Assembly (NCBI GenBank): GCA_947459245.1
Contig: CANHCV010000001.1
Location: 25,364-89,363, forward strand
Length of the DNA stretch: 64,000 bases
DNA from: Bacteroidota bacterium
GTDB taxonomy: Bacteria > Bacteroidota > Bacteroidia > UBA7662 > CANHCV01
Direction: 5' to 3'
Shown: piece by piece, positions 53,655 to 63,851 of the stretch
Position numbering within the stretch: the stretch's first letter is position 1
Layout: each line of letters begins with the position of its first letter
Notes under the pieces: generated by a model
What the model was told of the DNA's origin: nothing
Databases searched by the model: none
The model's input: only the letters and a program-made list of their open reading frames with translations
Translations under genes and position numbers: made by a program

Positions 53655-56018
53655 TTAGAAAGGAACGCCAACGCCCAAGTTCAAACCCCAAAATCGGTAG
53701 TTATTAAGGTACGTTCCTCCGGGGTTTAATTGCGATTTCCAGCGTTCTTCTCGCCAAGAGGTACTGGTCCAATTTCGTATTACCCACCGATTTCCATCGG
53801 AAAACGATGGATCGCGAAGTTTGATGCCCATGTCGAAACGAATGATGAAATAGGTAAAATCAATCCTCAAACCGAAACCTGTTCCCACGGCAATGTCTCT
53901 CCAACTTTTGGATACGTTGAAATTGGAAAAATCTCTTCGAGCTGAAACGGTATCTTTTAAACTCCAAATGTTACCGGCATCCAAGAAAACAGCTCCTTTG
54001 AAAACTCCATAAAGCGGAAATCGGTATTCCATATTTCCTTCAATTCTCACTTCCCCAAAATGGTCGATTCGTTTTTGGTACGCATTGTTGGAACCCGGGC
54101 CCAAGCTTCGGGCGGGCCATGCCCTCAAACTGTTATTACCCCCAATGAAGTAGCGTTTTTCAAGTGGCAATGTTGTGCTGTTGCTCAACGGAATTCCAGC
54201 ACCGGCAAATGCACGAAGGGCCAAGGTATGCTTGGGCGAATAGTTGTAGTACCTTCTCACTTCCCCATCCAAACGGAGGTAATGAAAGTACGGCAATCCG
54301 AACACTTTTCGGGGAAACTCGGCTTGTTTGTCGGGGAAAAATGTAGGATAAAGAAGATTTAATAAATTTCCTGCTGTTTCCGCATTCAATCGGTAGAACC
54401 ACAATTTGCGGTTGCGAGGATCGTTGAGATTGTTGTAGGTATAGCCCAACCGCATGTTGGTGGTGAGGTGATTGGAAAATGAGAAGGTTAAGTACGGGTC
54501 GTTCTGACTCTGCAATAAAACATTCAGCAACGAATCGACCCGGTTGGTTCGCACGAGGTTAACTTCAATCGGATAAAAATTCACCAATACCTTTCGATTA
54601 ATCTGGCAATCAAATCCGTATCCACCAGAAAGCACAGAACGGTCGTAATCGGCTCGTTGTTGGGAATTGAAATTGAGAGAAATTCGAGTTTTTTCGCTCA
54701 AATAATTTTTCTGATTCAAAAAATGAAAAGGAAAACTAAAGCGAGGAATTAACAGCGATGTAGCCGCACCCAATTGGGAAGTATTGAACAATCCATCTTT
54801 TACATTTCCTCCAATTTGGTTGTTGATTTGTTGGGATTCCAATCCTCCGTTCAAGGACAATTGGAACGTTTCGGCCCCTTTGAATACGTTTCTATTCTCG
54901 TACGTTGGCCGAATCAAAACCCCCAAGGTTGTACCTGCGTTGGTAGAGCCCGATGCATCGAACGAAAGCTTTCGCTTCTCTGCTTCTTGCATCAAGATTC
55001 GAATGTTGATGATGTTGGTCCCTTCAATGGGCTCAAAACGAATGTTCAAATACGAAAAAGCAGAAAGCGACGACAAGCGAACTTGGGTTTGACGAATCAA
55101 TTGATCGTTGAATAAATCGCCCTTGCGGAATAAAATGTTGTCCACCAACACATCCCTTCGGATGTACATCTTCGCATTGAGCAGGGTTTGGAATCCGTCA
55201 ACATATAAATACTCCTGCTCAACTTGGGAAGTGGCCCGATCCAAACTAAAATCGGTATTCAAATAAATGTCACCAATTTGAAACGACTGGTAAATTTTGG
55301 GGTCGGGAGATTCCTTTAAGCGCATCACCACTCGGGCCGAATACGGATTATTGAGGGTATCTATTTCGAAATAAATGAAATCCTTCTTGAAATAAAAGTA
55401 ACCTCGATTCCGCAGGTAAACCGCAATACGATCCCTTTCTTCGTCCAAAACACTTCGTGAAACAGGATATCCCTCTTTCAACGGAGAATTGCTTTTTATG
55501 GCCGAAAGAATATCGGAAATTTCTCCGTTCATTTCCGGCCATTCAATTTTACCGATAACGCAGGGCTGATTCAATTGAACAAGGTACCTCAATCCAACCC
55601 GCTTTTCACTGTACTTCTTCACTTCATAACCAACGGTAGCATGGAAATAACCTTTATCCAACAGGTATTTTCCAATCTGATTTTGGGTTGAAAGGATGGC
55701 TTCAGAATCCAACAAAGCCGGTTTTTCGGCATAATTGGTAAGGATGTTGTTCTTTAATCGATTGATTTTTCCTTTGGAAGCGAAGTAATACGCTTTTAAA
55801 TTGAGACGGTAGAGTTGAAGAAACTTCTTGTTGGGCTTAGGCCGTAAAAAGTAAGAAATTTCGTCAGACATGACGGCATCTACTCCAACCACCTTATTTT
55901 TGACCACCAATTGTTCATCTTCGGCTAAGTGTCGAGTAACGCTGCACGACGAAAGACCGAAGACGACGAGGGGAAGAAGAAAAAAAATAACCTTTTTCAA
56001 TGCCGATTTCCAAAGCAC
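53655..56018 (-). CDS. Omp85-family (BamA/TamA-like) outer-membrane protein with POTRA-like N-terminal region
   Basis: Signal sequence (lipoprotein-like LSSC). ~787 aa. C-terminal beta-barrel with aromatic terminal residue (...GVGVPF). Confidence 0.5.
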   Translation of the reverse strand: MLWKSALKKVIFFLLPLVVFGLSSCSVTRHLAEDEQLVVKNKVVGVDAVMSDEISYFLRPKPNKKFLQLYRLNLKAYYFASKGKINRLKNNILTNYAEKPALLDSEAILSTQNQIGKYLLDKGYFHATVGYEVKKYSEKRVGLRYLVQLNQPCVIGKIEWPEMNGEISDILSAIKSNSPLKEGYPVSRSVLDEERDRIAVYLRNRGYFYFKKDFIYFEIDTLNNPYSARVVMRLKESPDPKIYQSFQIGDIYLNTDFSLDRATSQVEQEYLYVDGFQTLLNAKMYIRRDVLVDNILFRKGDLFNDQLIRQTQVRLSSLSAFSYLNIRFEPIEGTNIINIRILMQEAEKRKLSFDASGSTNAGTTLGVLIRPTYENRNVFKGAETFQLSLNGGLESQQINNQIGGNVKDGLFNTSQLGAATSLLIPRFSFPFHFLNQKNYLSEKTRISLNFNSQQRADYDRSVLSGGYGFDCQINRKVLVNFYPIEVNLVRTNRVDSLLNVLLQSQNDPYLTFSFSNHLTTNMRLGYTYNNLNDPRNRKLWFYRLNAETAGNLLNLLYPTFFPDKQAEFPRKVFGLPYFHYLRLDGEVRRYYNYSPKHTLALRAFAGAGIPLSNSTTLPLEKRYFIGGNNSLRAWPARSLGPGSNNAYQKRIDHFGEVRIEGNMEYRFPLYGVFKGAVFLDAGNIWSLKDTVSARRDFSNFNVSKSWRDIAVGTGFGLRIDFTYFIIRFDMGIKLRDPSFSDGNRWVIRNWTSTSWREERWKSQLNPGGTYLNNYRFWGLNLGVGVPF

Positions 56019-56740
56019 AAATTAAAGAAATTTCTGCCTTAAACCGAAGAAAAACCCGAGAAGAATTGGGTCTTTTTGTTGCCGAAGGAGAAAAAGTGGT
56101 AGAAGAGTTGATTCATTCCAATTTGGAAGTGATTTCCATTTGGGCCACCGAAGAAGGATTTGAAAAAAGAGCTGCGTGGGGCCCACAAATGGAAAAAGTT
56201 TCGGGCAACGACATGGAACGAATGACGCACCTTTCCTCCCCGTCTCCTTTTTTGGCTTTGGCCCGAATACCATCTCCTAAAAAAACGTTCAATGGTCGAA
56301 TTTTATTCTTGGACCGCATTCAAGATCCCGGCAACATGGGAGCACTCATTCGAATTGCCGATTGGTTCGGATTTTCGGTGGTGGCCCAACCCGGAAGCGT
56401 TGACTTTTGGAATCCGAAAGTCGTTATGGCCAGCATGGGATCGGCTTTTCGGGTTCAACCGCAAGAAATGACCCATGAAAATCTTGACAAGGTTTTACCT
56501 GCAGAAACCTCATGGATTGGAACCGACATGAAAGGAACGTTGCTTCAGCATTTTGAAATTCCGGAGAAGCTGGTTTTGGTGATGGGCAGCGAGGCCCAAG
56601 GAATGTCGGCAGAGGTTGAAAATCGATGTCAAAACATCGTAAGTATTCCGGGCGGCGGGAATACAGAATCGTTAAATGTAGCTGTAGCTGCGGGGATTTT
56701 GTGTTACGGACTTACTTCCCAAACACCACATTCTCGCTAA
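56000..56740 (+). CDS. TrmH/SpoU-family RNA 2'-O-methyltransferase
   Basis: SPOUT motifs (GNMGALIRIADWFG, LVMGSEAQGM). Confidence 0.8.
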   Translation: MPISKAQIKEISALNRRKTREELGLFVAEGEKVVEELIHSNLEVISIWATEEGFEKRAAWGPQMEKVSGNDMERMTHLSSPSPFLALARIPSPKKTFNGRILFLDRIQDPGNMGALIRIADWFGFSVVAQPGSVDFWNPKVVMASMGSAFRVQPQEMTHENLDKVLPAETSWIGTDMKGTLLQHFEIPEKLVLVMGSEAQGMSAEVENRCQNIVSIPGGGNTESLNVAVAAGILCYGLTSQTPHSR

Positions 56741-57548
56741 AAATCCATTTTCCCTTTTTCATTCGGAAGGCATCCAAACTTCCATCCGGAATGTAATTGA
56801 AATACATTCCTTTGAACCGTTCCTCCACCGGAACCAGGTGATCCAAAATGATTTTCTTTTCTTTCTCCTCGTACCTCATGATCATGGATGCCATCACACT
56901 GTACTGAAATACTTTTCGGTATTTGAACACTTTTTGGGCCGAATCGGTAGAAAAAATGGGAGAACCAAACACCGGTTGCTGGGGATTGGTTAAATCGAGC
57001 ACCTCCAAAACTTTCTGGTTCATGAATGGTTCGGTTTTGTTGAAACCGATGAGCAAATACTTTTTCTTTCCACTGGGCACCAACTGATAATACGTAGCTC
57101 CAAACCACTTTTGCGGCGTTAGCAGGGTATCTTCAGGAAGCGAAAGGTATTCGGTACGATCGGAAAATGGAATGATTCGATTGTTCTCTTGGAATTGAAT
57201 GCATCCAAAATGACGATAGCCACCTTCATAACCTAAATACATCCAAGTAATGATTCGAAAAGTGTTTTCGGGATCGGAAATGCAACTCACATTTTTCAAG
57301 GTATCCAAATTGAATTGAAATCCTTGGTCTTGCTTAAGGGTTCTGCCGAGCAATTTTACAAAGTTTCCGTTGGCTTCCATTCGATGAAAAACATCCGAAT
57401 CGTTCACCCAAACCGTCATGAGTTTCAGTAAGGAATCGTGGGTGGCGGAATAAACGGGTGCGGGTTGCGCCACCGTGCTACTTTTCTTTTGAGCAAACGA
57501 TATGGCGCTCATCAAAATGAAAAACAAAACAACAAATAATCGAATCAT
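56712..57548 (-). CDS. Hypothetical secreted protein
   Basis: Signal peptide. No recognisable domain. Confidence 0.4.
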   Translation of the reverse strand: MIRLFVVLFFILMSAISFAQKKSSTVAQPAPVYSATHDSLLKLMTVWVNDSDVFHRMEANGNFVKLLGRTLKQDQGFQFNLDTLKNVSCISDPENTFRIITWMYLGYEGGYRHFGCIQFQENNRIIPFSDRTEYLSLPEDTLLTPQKWFGATYYQLVPSGKKKYLLIGFNKTEPFMNQKVLEVLDLTNPQQPVFGSPIFSTDSAQKVFKYRKVFQYSVMASMIMRYEEKEKKIILDHLVPVEERFKGMYFNYIPDGSLDAFRMKKGKWIFSENVVFGK

Positions 57549-57557
57549 CTTGCAAAG

Positions 57558-57597
57558 AAAAGAGCCACCCCGATTCCGAGGTGGCTCTGTTTGAAAA
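57558..57597. terminator. Bidirectional terminator hairpin
   Basis: AGAGCCACC...GGTGGCTCT inverted repeat flanked by A/T runs. Confidence 0.6.
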
Positions 57598-57614
57598 ATT
57601 TAAGTGATTTTAAA

Positions 57615-58097
57615 TCAATTGTTGTTTTGAACAGCTGGCTGAGGAGCTGGAGCTTCAACTTCACCAGAAAGCGTTAAAATGGTTGGCTCTGGACCAACGT
57701 TGGAAGTAACCGTTACTGATTTGCTGAATGGGCCAACGCTAGCAGCATTGTAAGTAGCTTTGATGTACCCGGTTTTTCCTGGAGCGATGGGCTCTTTGGT
57801 CCAATCTGGAGTTGTGCAACCGCATGAAGCTTGAGCATTGGTGATGATCAAAGGTTGCTTTCCGTTGTTTTTGAAGTTGAATGTTACCGTAACTGGATTT
57901 CCCTGAGGAATTTTACCGAAGTTGTGAGCGGTTTTTTCCCACTGAAAACTTGGAGTTTCAGTCATGGGAGTAGCAGGGGTAGCAACAACTGCTGGTTTCT
58001 TGGTGGCAGCTGGTTTCTTGGGTTGAGCCTTGGTTTGGCCCATGGCTAATCCGGCGAACATCATGCCGAAGGCCAAAGTGAAGATTGCTTTTTTCAT
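57615..58097 (-). CDS. DUF1573 domain protein (secreted)
   Basis: Signal peptide, Pro/Ala/Lys-rich linker, and the characteristic ASCGCTTP motif. Confidence 0.7.
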   Translation of the reverse strand: MKKAIFTLAFGMMFAGLAMGQTKAQPKKPAATKKPAVVATPATPMTETPSFQWEKTAHNFGKIPQGNPVTVTFNFKNNGKQPLIITNAQASCGCTTPDWTKEPIAPGKTGYIKATYNAASVGPFSKSVTVTSNVGPEPTILTLSGEVEAPAPQPAVQNNN

Positions 58098-58214
58098 TTT
58101 TTTTTTTGGTTTTGTTTTCTGTTTACAAATATGAAGCCAAAATTAAGAATTGCAAACAATTTCACCATCAAATCTTGTTAAGGACGTGTTAATGATTTTC
58201 CTTAATTTTGAGGC

Positions 58215-59477
58215 ATGTACCGAATAAACATCCGCATGTTGGTGATCATGGCCATGATCTCTACCGTTGGAATTGCCGTATTGCAGGGATTCTGGTTTAA
58301 AAACGCCTTTGAAAACAACGAAAAAGCCTTCGATCTAGCCGTTAATTCAGCCCTTAAATCGGTGGCTGAAGGCGTATTGAGGTACAACAATAACAACATG
58401 GTCATTTCCGATCCGGTGAATCAGCTCAGCTCCGATTATTATGTGGTGATGGTCAACGACCGCATCGACGCAAATGTTCTTCAATTTTACCTTCAACGTG
58501 AGTTTCGGAAAAACCACATCCAACAAAACTTCGAATACGCCATTTACGATTGTTCCAATGAGCGCATTGTTTACGGTGCCGTGGTAGGCGGAAATCAGGT
58601 AAAAAATCCGAAAATCAACGCTAATCTGCCAAAATGGGAAAACAACAATTACTATTTTTCCATTTACTTCCCCCACAAAGCCAAACGCATTTTATCGGAA
58701 ATGAGTTTATGGCTGTATTCTACCGTGGTCATTTTATTGGTCATCGTCTTTTTTTCGTACAGCTTATTGGTTATTCTGAAGCAAAAACGCCTATCTGAAA
58801 TTCAACGCGATTTCATCAATAACATGACCCATGAAATCAAAACGCCCGTCTCCACCATCTCACTTTCGGCAGAAGCGATCAAAAAACCTGGGGCGACCGA
58901 TAATCCTCAGAAAATTTTCATGTATGCTACCATTATTCAGGAAGAAGCAAACCGACTCAAAAATCAGATTGAACGGGTATTGCAGGTGGCTCGATCGGAA
59001 AGTAAAATTCGCTTAAATAAGGAAGAATTTGACATCAAAAATACCCTTTCAGATTTGGTATTGGCGGCTCAAGTGGCTCACAAAGAGCGAAATGCTCAAA
59101 TTTCCTTGAATTGGGATTGTGAGAAAACAACCATCGTTGGCGACAAGCTCCACCTCACCAACATCTTCAATAATTTGGTTGAAAATGCGGTGAAATACAG
59201 TCCCAATGAGGTTGTGGTTGAAATTTCAACCCATGCCAAACGGAAAGGCCTTGAAATTTGGGTGAAAGATCACGGCATGGGCATCGAAAAACAACACCAG
59301 AAAAAAATCTTCCTTAAATTTTTCCGCGTGAGTACCGGCAACATTCACGATGTGAAAGGGTTCGGTTTGGGGCTGCATTACGTAGGTCTTATGGTGCGAG
59401 CCCACCAAGGAAAAATTCGGGTCGACAGTACTCCGGAGAAAGGTAGTACGTTTCAAGTATATTTGCCTTGGAAATGA
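58215..59477 (+). CDS. Sensor histidine kinase (two TM helices)
   Basis: H-box HEIKTP. HATPase_c N/G boxes (NLVENAVKYS, GFGLGLHYV). TAATTTTG -7 element 5 nt upstream. Confidence 0.85.
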   Translation: MYRINIRMLVIMAMISTVGIAVLQGFWFKNAFENNEKAFDLAVNSALKSVAEGVLRYNNNNMVISDPVNQLSSDYYVVMVNDRIDANVLQFYLQREFRKNHIQQNFEYAIYDCSNERIVYGAVVGGNQVKNPKINANLPKWENNNYYFSIYFPHKAKRILSEMSLWLYSTVVILLVIVFFSYSLLVILKQKRLSEIQRDFINNMTHEIKTPVSTISLSAEAIKKPGATDNPQKIFMYATIIQEEANRLKNQIERVLQVARSESKIRLNKEEFDIKNTLSDLVLAAQVAHKERNAQISLNWDCEKTTIVGDKLHLTNIFNNLVENAVKYSPNEVVVEISTHAKRKGLEIWVKDHGMGIEKQHQKKIFLKFFRVSTGNIHDVKGFGLGLHYVGLMVRAHQGKIRVDSTPEKGSTFQVYLPWK

Positions 59478-60178
59478 GCACTGAAAACAAACCTAAATTA
59501 CTCCTCGTTGAAGACGATATCAACCTGGGGTTTGTTGTGAAAGACAACCTAGAAGACCGAAATTTCGACGTTACCCACGTGGATGACGGAGAAAAAGCCT
59601 TGAAAATCTTCAAGGAAAAACAATTCGATCTCTGCTTGTTGGATGTGATGCTTCCCAAAAAAGATGGCTTTACCCTCGCGGCCGACATTCGCGCCATCGA
59701 CCAAGAAGTTCCCATTATTTTCCTCACGGCCAAAAACATGAAAGAAGATAAACTTCATGGATTTCGATTGGGTGCCGACGATTACATCACCAAACCGTTC
59801 AGCATGGAAGAGTTGGTGTTGCGCATCGAAGTATTTTTGAAACGAAGCGGAAAAGATCGCACCACCACCATTGGAGAACAGATTTTCAAAATCAACAGTT
59901 ACCAATTCGATTATCCCAATTTGGAATTGATCGGCCCTGGAGATACGAAAAGATTAACGCAACGGGAGGCTGATGTTTTGAGAATGCTGTGTTTGGAACA
60001 AGAAAAAGTGGTAAAAAAGGAAGACATCCTTCGAAAAATTTGGGGCTCCAACGATTATTTCGCAGGTCGAAGCCTCGATGTTTTTATCTCTAAATTGCGG
60101 AAGTATTTAAATGAAGATGATTCGGTAGAAATTAGCAACTACCACGGTGTAGGATTTAAACTAGTGATTAAAAAGTAA
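59468..60178 (+). CDS. OmpR/PhoB-family response regulator (REC + winged helix)
   Basis: Phosphoacceptor Asp in LLDVMLP. C-terminal winged-helix region. Overlaps the histidine kinase stop. Confidence 0.85.
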   Translation: MEMSTENKPKLLLVEDDINLGFVVKDNLEDRNFDVTHVDDGEKALKIFKEKQFDLCLLDVMLPKKDGFTLAADIRAIDQEVPIIFLTAKNMKEDKLHGFRLGADDYITKPFSMEELVLRIEVFLKRSGKDRTTTIGEQIFKINSYQFDYPNLELIGPGDTKRLTQREADVLRMLCLEQEKVVKKEDILRKIWGSNDYFAGRSLDVFISKLRKYLNEDDSVEISNYHGVGFKLVIKK

Positions 60179-60507
60179 TGTTGGATTTTTTGAACTTGAA
60201 AGCCAAGGCTGAAGCCTTGCAGAAAAACGCCAAACAAGCCGTAGAAGAACTCGAAAAAGTAACCGTGAGCGAACGCAGCGCCGATGAAAGCGTTACGGTA
60301 ACCCTCACGGGAAACGGGAAAATGGTGGACGTTAAAATTGATCCCAGTTTTTGTTTCCCGGAAAAAGCCGATGCTTTAGCCAAAAACCTCACCGACACCT
60401 TGATTCGCGCACAAGCCAGAGCCGCCGTTTTGAAAAAGCAAGCTTTGGATGAAGCGACCGGCGGCATGTTGGGACAAATGGGTGGAGGTTTAGACGGTTT
60501 ACTGTAA
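60178..60507 (+). CDS. ybaB: YbaB/EbfC nucleoid-associated protein
   Basis: 109 aa. Typical YbaB pattern with a Gly-rich C-terminus. Confidence 0.8.
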   Translation: MLDFLNLKAKAEALQKNAKQAVEELEKVTVSERSADESVTVTLTGNGKMVDVKIDPSFCFPEKADALAKNLTDTLIRAQARAAVLKKQALDEATGGMLGQMGGGLDGLL

Positions 60508-60605
60508 TTATTGGCAAAAAAAAACCGCCAATTTTTCATCCCGTTCAGCCAATTTAAAGCCTTCTCTCCTTCCCTTTCCAACGTTTTTTTGTGTATTTTT
60601 GAAAC

Positions 60606-63600
60606 ATGAAAAAACTATGGATCTCTGTTTTTTGTGCCCTTACCTTGGGTGCAAACGCCCAAGATAAATGGAACGTGGCCCAACCACCCACCGCTTACAC
60701 TCCCATTTCCTTTTCTACCACCGAAGGAACTTGGATGAATTTGGACGTATCCCCTGATGGAAAAACCATCGTTTTCGATTTATTGGGCGACATTTATTCC
60801 ATGCCCACGAGCGGTGGCAAAGCAACTCCACTCCGCTCTGGAATTCCATTCGAAGTTCAACCCCGCTTCTCCCCCGATGGCAAGTGGATTTCCTTTACTT
60901 CCGATGCCGGTGGTGGCGACAACATTTGGATGATGAAAGCGGATGGCTCTTCGCCCAAACAAATCACCAAAGAATCTTTCCGTTTGCTGAACAATGCCGT
61001 TTGGACTCCCGACGGTGAATACCTCATCGCACGAAAACACTTTACCTCGGGCCGGTCTTTGGGCGCGGGTGAATTGTGGATGTACCACAAAACCGGCGGT
61101 TCGGGCATGCAACTCACCAAACGAAAAAACGACCAACAAGATTTGAATGAACCTTCGGTTTCCCCCGATGGTCGTTACGTTTATTATTGCGAAGACATGT
61201 ATCCCGGTGGATATTTTCAATACAACAAAGATCCCAACAACCAGATTTTCGTGGTAAAACGTTACGACCGAGAAAAAGGAGAAAATAAAACCATCCTTTC
61301 CGGTGCTGGATCGGCTTGCCGACCCACCATTTCCAAGGATGGAAAATCGTTGGCCTTCGTAAAACGAGTGCGCACTCAATCGGTGCTATGCCTGTACGAT
61401 TTAACAACCAATCAAACCCAAACCCTTTATAACCAGCTGGATAAAGATCAAATGGAGGCATGGACCATTTTCGGAACTTACCCCAACATGTCGTTTTCAC
61501 CCGATCAGAAATTCCTCTTTTTCTGGGCCGGCGGAAAAATCAAAAAAATTGAACTTTCGAACAAAAACGTTACCGATGTTCCTTTTCAGGTGGATGCACA
61601 AATTCCTGTGCGTGAAGCGCTTCATTTTAATAATCAAGCCTTCAAACCAGAAGTGGAAGTGAATGTCGTAAAGAACGTTCAACGCTCGCCCGACGGCAAA
61701 TCCATTTACTTTCAAGCCTTAAGTTGCATCTGGAAAAAAGATCTTCCCAATGGCCAACCCATTTTGGTTTACGAAGACAAAAATGCGCTGATTTTCGAAC
61801 CTCATCTTTCTGCAGATGGTAAAAAATTGGTGTTTGTTTCTTGGAACGACGAGAAGATGGGCAGCATTCTTTCCATGGATTTGGGAAGCAAAAAGGTAAC
61901 AACATTGGTTCAAAATGGGATTTTTAGAGAGCCCCAATTTTCGCCCGATGGCACCAAAATTTGCTACCGCAAAGACGGAGCCGATGGCGATTTGGGGATT
62001 ACTTTTTCCAACGACCCCGGCATGTACGTTTTGCCATTAATCACCGGATCCAAGCCCCAACTCATCACCGAGGAAGGATTTGATCTTCTTTGGAAAAATA
62101 ACGAAGAGGTGTATTTCCAAACCTACGGAGGCGATGGGAAATTATTCAAGTCCATTCACATTGCCACCAAGGAAGAAAAATCGCTGTTTACGTCAACTTA
62201 CACCAATTCTTTTGTGCCCAGTCCCGATGGAAAATGGATTGCTTTCAAAGAATTGTACAAAGTTTACGTTGCTGCCATGCCCCAAACGGGAAAGGTTTTC
62301 AATTTATCGGGAGATATTTCTCAAGTTCCGGTTTCATTGGTTGCACCCAATGCCGGAGTTAACCTGCACTGGACGGCCGATTCGAAAACGCTTTCTTGGA
62401 CGTTGGGAAGCAAATACCACTCGGTTGAAATGGAAAAACGATTCCCGTATTTGGGAAAAGTAGATTCGGTACTTCCCTTGGATTCCGTTGGAATTTCCAT
62501 TGGTTTGAAGGAAAAAGCGTTTGTTCCAACCGGAAAAATTTACCTAACCAATGCACGAATCATCACCATGAAAGGAAATGAAGTGATTGAAAACGGTACC
62601 ATTGTGATCGAGGGGAACAAAATTATTCAAGTTGCCAACTCTTCTGAAATCATCATCCCCGATGTGGTTAAAGGAATTGATTTAGGAGGAAAAACGGTGA
62701 TTCCTGGTTTGGTGGATGTTCATGCCCACGTAGGACATTTTGGAGATAATTTTTACGCTCAGAAACATTGGCCGTATTACGCCAATTTATCGTACGGAGT
62801 AACCACCACCCACGATCCATCCACCTCTTCGGAAAGGGTTTTCGGAATGTCGGAATTGGTGCAAACGGGAAGAATGGTTGGTCCGCGGGTTTTCTCTACG
62901 GGTACCATTTTGTACGGCGCCGATGGCGATTTTAAAGCGAGCATCAATGGCTACCAAGATGCGTATTTCGCAGTGAACCGCACGAAAGCCTTTGGCGCTT
63001 TCAGTGTGAAGAGTTACAACCAACCCCGTCGCGAGCAGCGCCAACAAGTGATTGAAGCCGCCAATCGATTAGGAGTTCAAGTTGTTCCCGAGGGCGGCTC
63101 TTTCTTCTACCATAACCTTTCTCAAATCATGGACGGGCACACGGGTATTGAGCACAACGTACCCATCCAAAATTTGTACAACGACGTGGTTACCCTGTGG
63201 TCGAAAACCAAAACCCACTACACTCCTACCCTCATTGTTGCTTACGGAGCCATGAACGGAGAAAATTATTGGTACCAACACACCAATGTTTGGGAAGAAA
63301 AACGATTGCTGAATTTCACTCCTCGCTCGGTGATTGACCCTCGTTCTCGCCACCGAACCATGATTCCAGAGGAAGAATACGAAAACGGACACATTGCCAT
63401 CGCCAAGCATTGCAAAAAGTTGGCTGATGCCGGGGTCAAAGTAAATTTAGGAGCACACGGTCAAATTCAAGGAATTGGAGCCCATTGGGAAATGTGGATG
63501 TTGGCGCAAGGAGGCATGAGTTCCTTGGAAGCCCTGCGTTGCGCCACACAAAATGGAGCCGATTACTTGGGAATGGGCGACCAAATTGGATCCATCGAAG

Positions 63601-63833
63601 CTGGGAAATTGGCTGATTTGGTGGTGATCGATGGCGATATTCTGAAAGATATTCGTTCTTCAAAAAACATTACGCACACCATGATCAACGGCGTACTTTA
63701 CGATGCCAATTCCATGAACCAACTGAACGCAGGGGGGAAAAAACGCTCTCCATTTTATTGGGAATTGCCCGGTTGCCAGGATAGTGGCACCTTGCATCAT
63801 GGAAGTCAAAGCAAATGTTCTTGCCGTCATTAA
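60606..63833 (+). CDS. Secreted TolB-like beta-propeller (PD40 repeats) fused to a C-terminal amidohydrolase domain
   Basis: Signal peptide. Repeated SPDGK-type PD40 motifs over ~600 aa. Metal-dependent amidohydrolase motifs follow (GLVDVHAHVG, HTGIEH). Confidence 0.75.
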   Translation: MKKLWISVFCALTLGANAQDKWNVAQPPTAYTPISFSTTEGTWMNLDVSPDGKTIVFDLLGDIYSMPTSGGKATPLRSGIPFEVQPRFSPDGKWISFTSDAGGGDNIWMMKADGSSPKQITKESFRLLNNAVWTPDGEYLIARKHFTSGRSLGAGELWMYHKTGGSGMQLTKRKNDQQDLNEPSVSPDGRYVYYCEDMYPGGYFQYNKDPNNQIFVVKRYDREKGENKTILSGAGSACRPTISKDGKSLAFVKRVRTQSVLCLYDLTTNQTQTLYNQLDKDQMEAWTIFGTYPNMSFSPDQKFLFFWAGGKIKKIELSNKNVTDVPFQVDAQIPVREALHFNNQAFKPEVEVNVVKNVQRSPDGKSIYFQALSCIWKKDLPNGQPILVYEDKNALIFEPHLSADGKKLVFVSWNDEKMGSILSMDLGSKKVTTLVQNGIFREPQFSPDGTKICYRKDGADGDLGITFSNDPGMYVLPLITGSKPQLITEEGFDLLWKNNEEVYFQTYGGDGKLFKSIHIATKEEKSLFTSTYTNSFVPSPDGKWIAFKELYKVYVAAMPQTGKVFNLSGDISQVPVSLVAPNAGVNLHWTADSKTLSWTLGSKYHSVEMEKRFPYLGKVDSVLPLDSVGISIGLKEKAFVPTGKIYLTNARIITMKGNEVIENGTIVIEGNKIIQVANSSEIIIPDVVKGIDLGGKTVIPGLVDVHAHVGHFGDNFYAQKHWPYYANLSYGVTTTHDPSTSSERVFGMSELVQTGRMVGPRVFSTGTILYGADGDFKASINGYQDAYFAVNRTKAFGAFSVKSYNQPRREQRQQVIEAANRLGVQVVPEGGSFFYHNLSQIMDGHTGIEHNVPIQNLYNDVVTLWSKTKTHYTPTLIVAYGAMNGENYWYQHTNVWEEKRLLNFTPRSVIDPRSRHRTMIPEEEYENGHIAIAKHCKKLADAGVKVNLGAHGQIQGIGAHWEMWMLAQGGMSSLEALRCATQNGADYLGMGDQIGSIEAGKLADLVVIDGDILKDIRSSKNITHTMINGVLYDANSMNQLNAGGKKRSPFYWELPGCQDSGTLHHGSQSKCSCRH

Positions 63834-63851
63834 TTCGATTATCTTTGCAGC

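Noticed and set aside
60508-60605. Possible terminator ATTGGC-A9-CC-GCCAAT after ybaB
   Set aside because: The stem is short (6 bp) and the loop is A-rich, so it is weak. It may still function, but confidence is too low to list as a feature.
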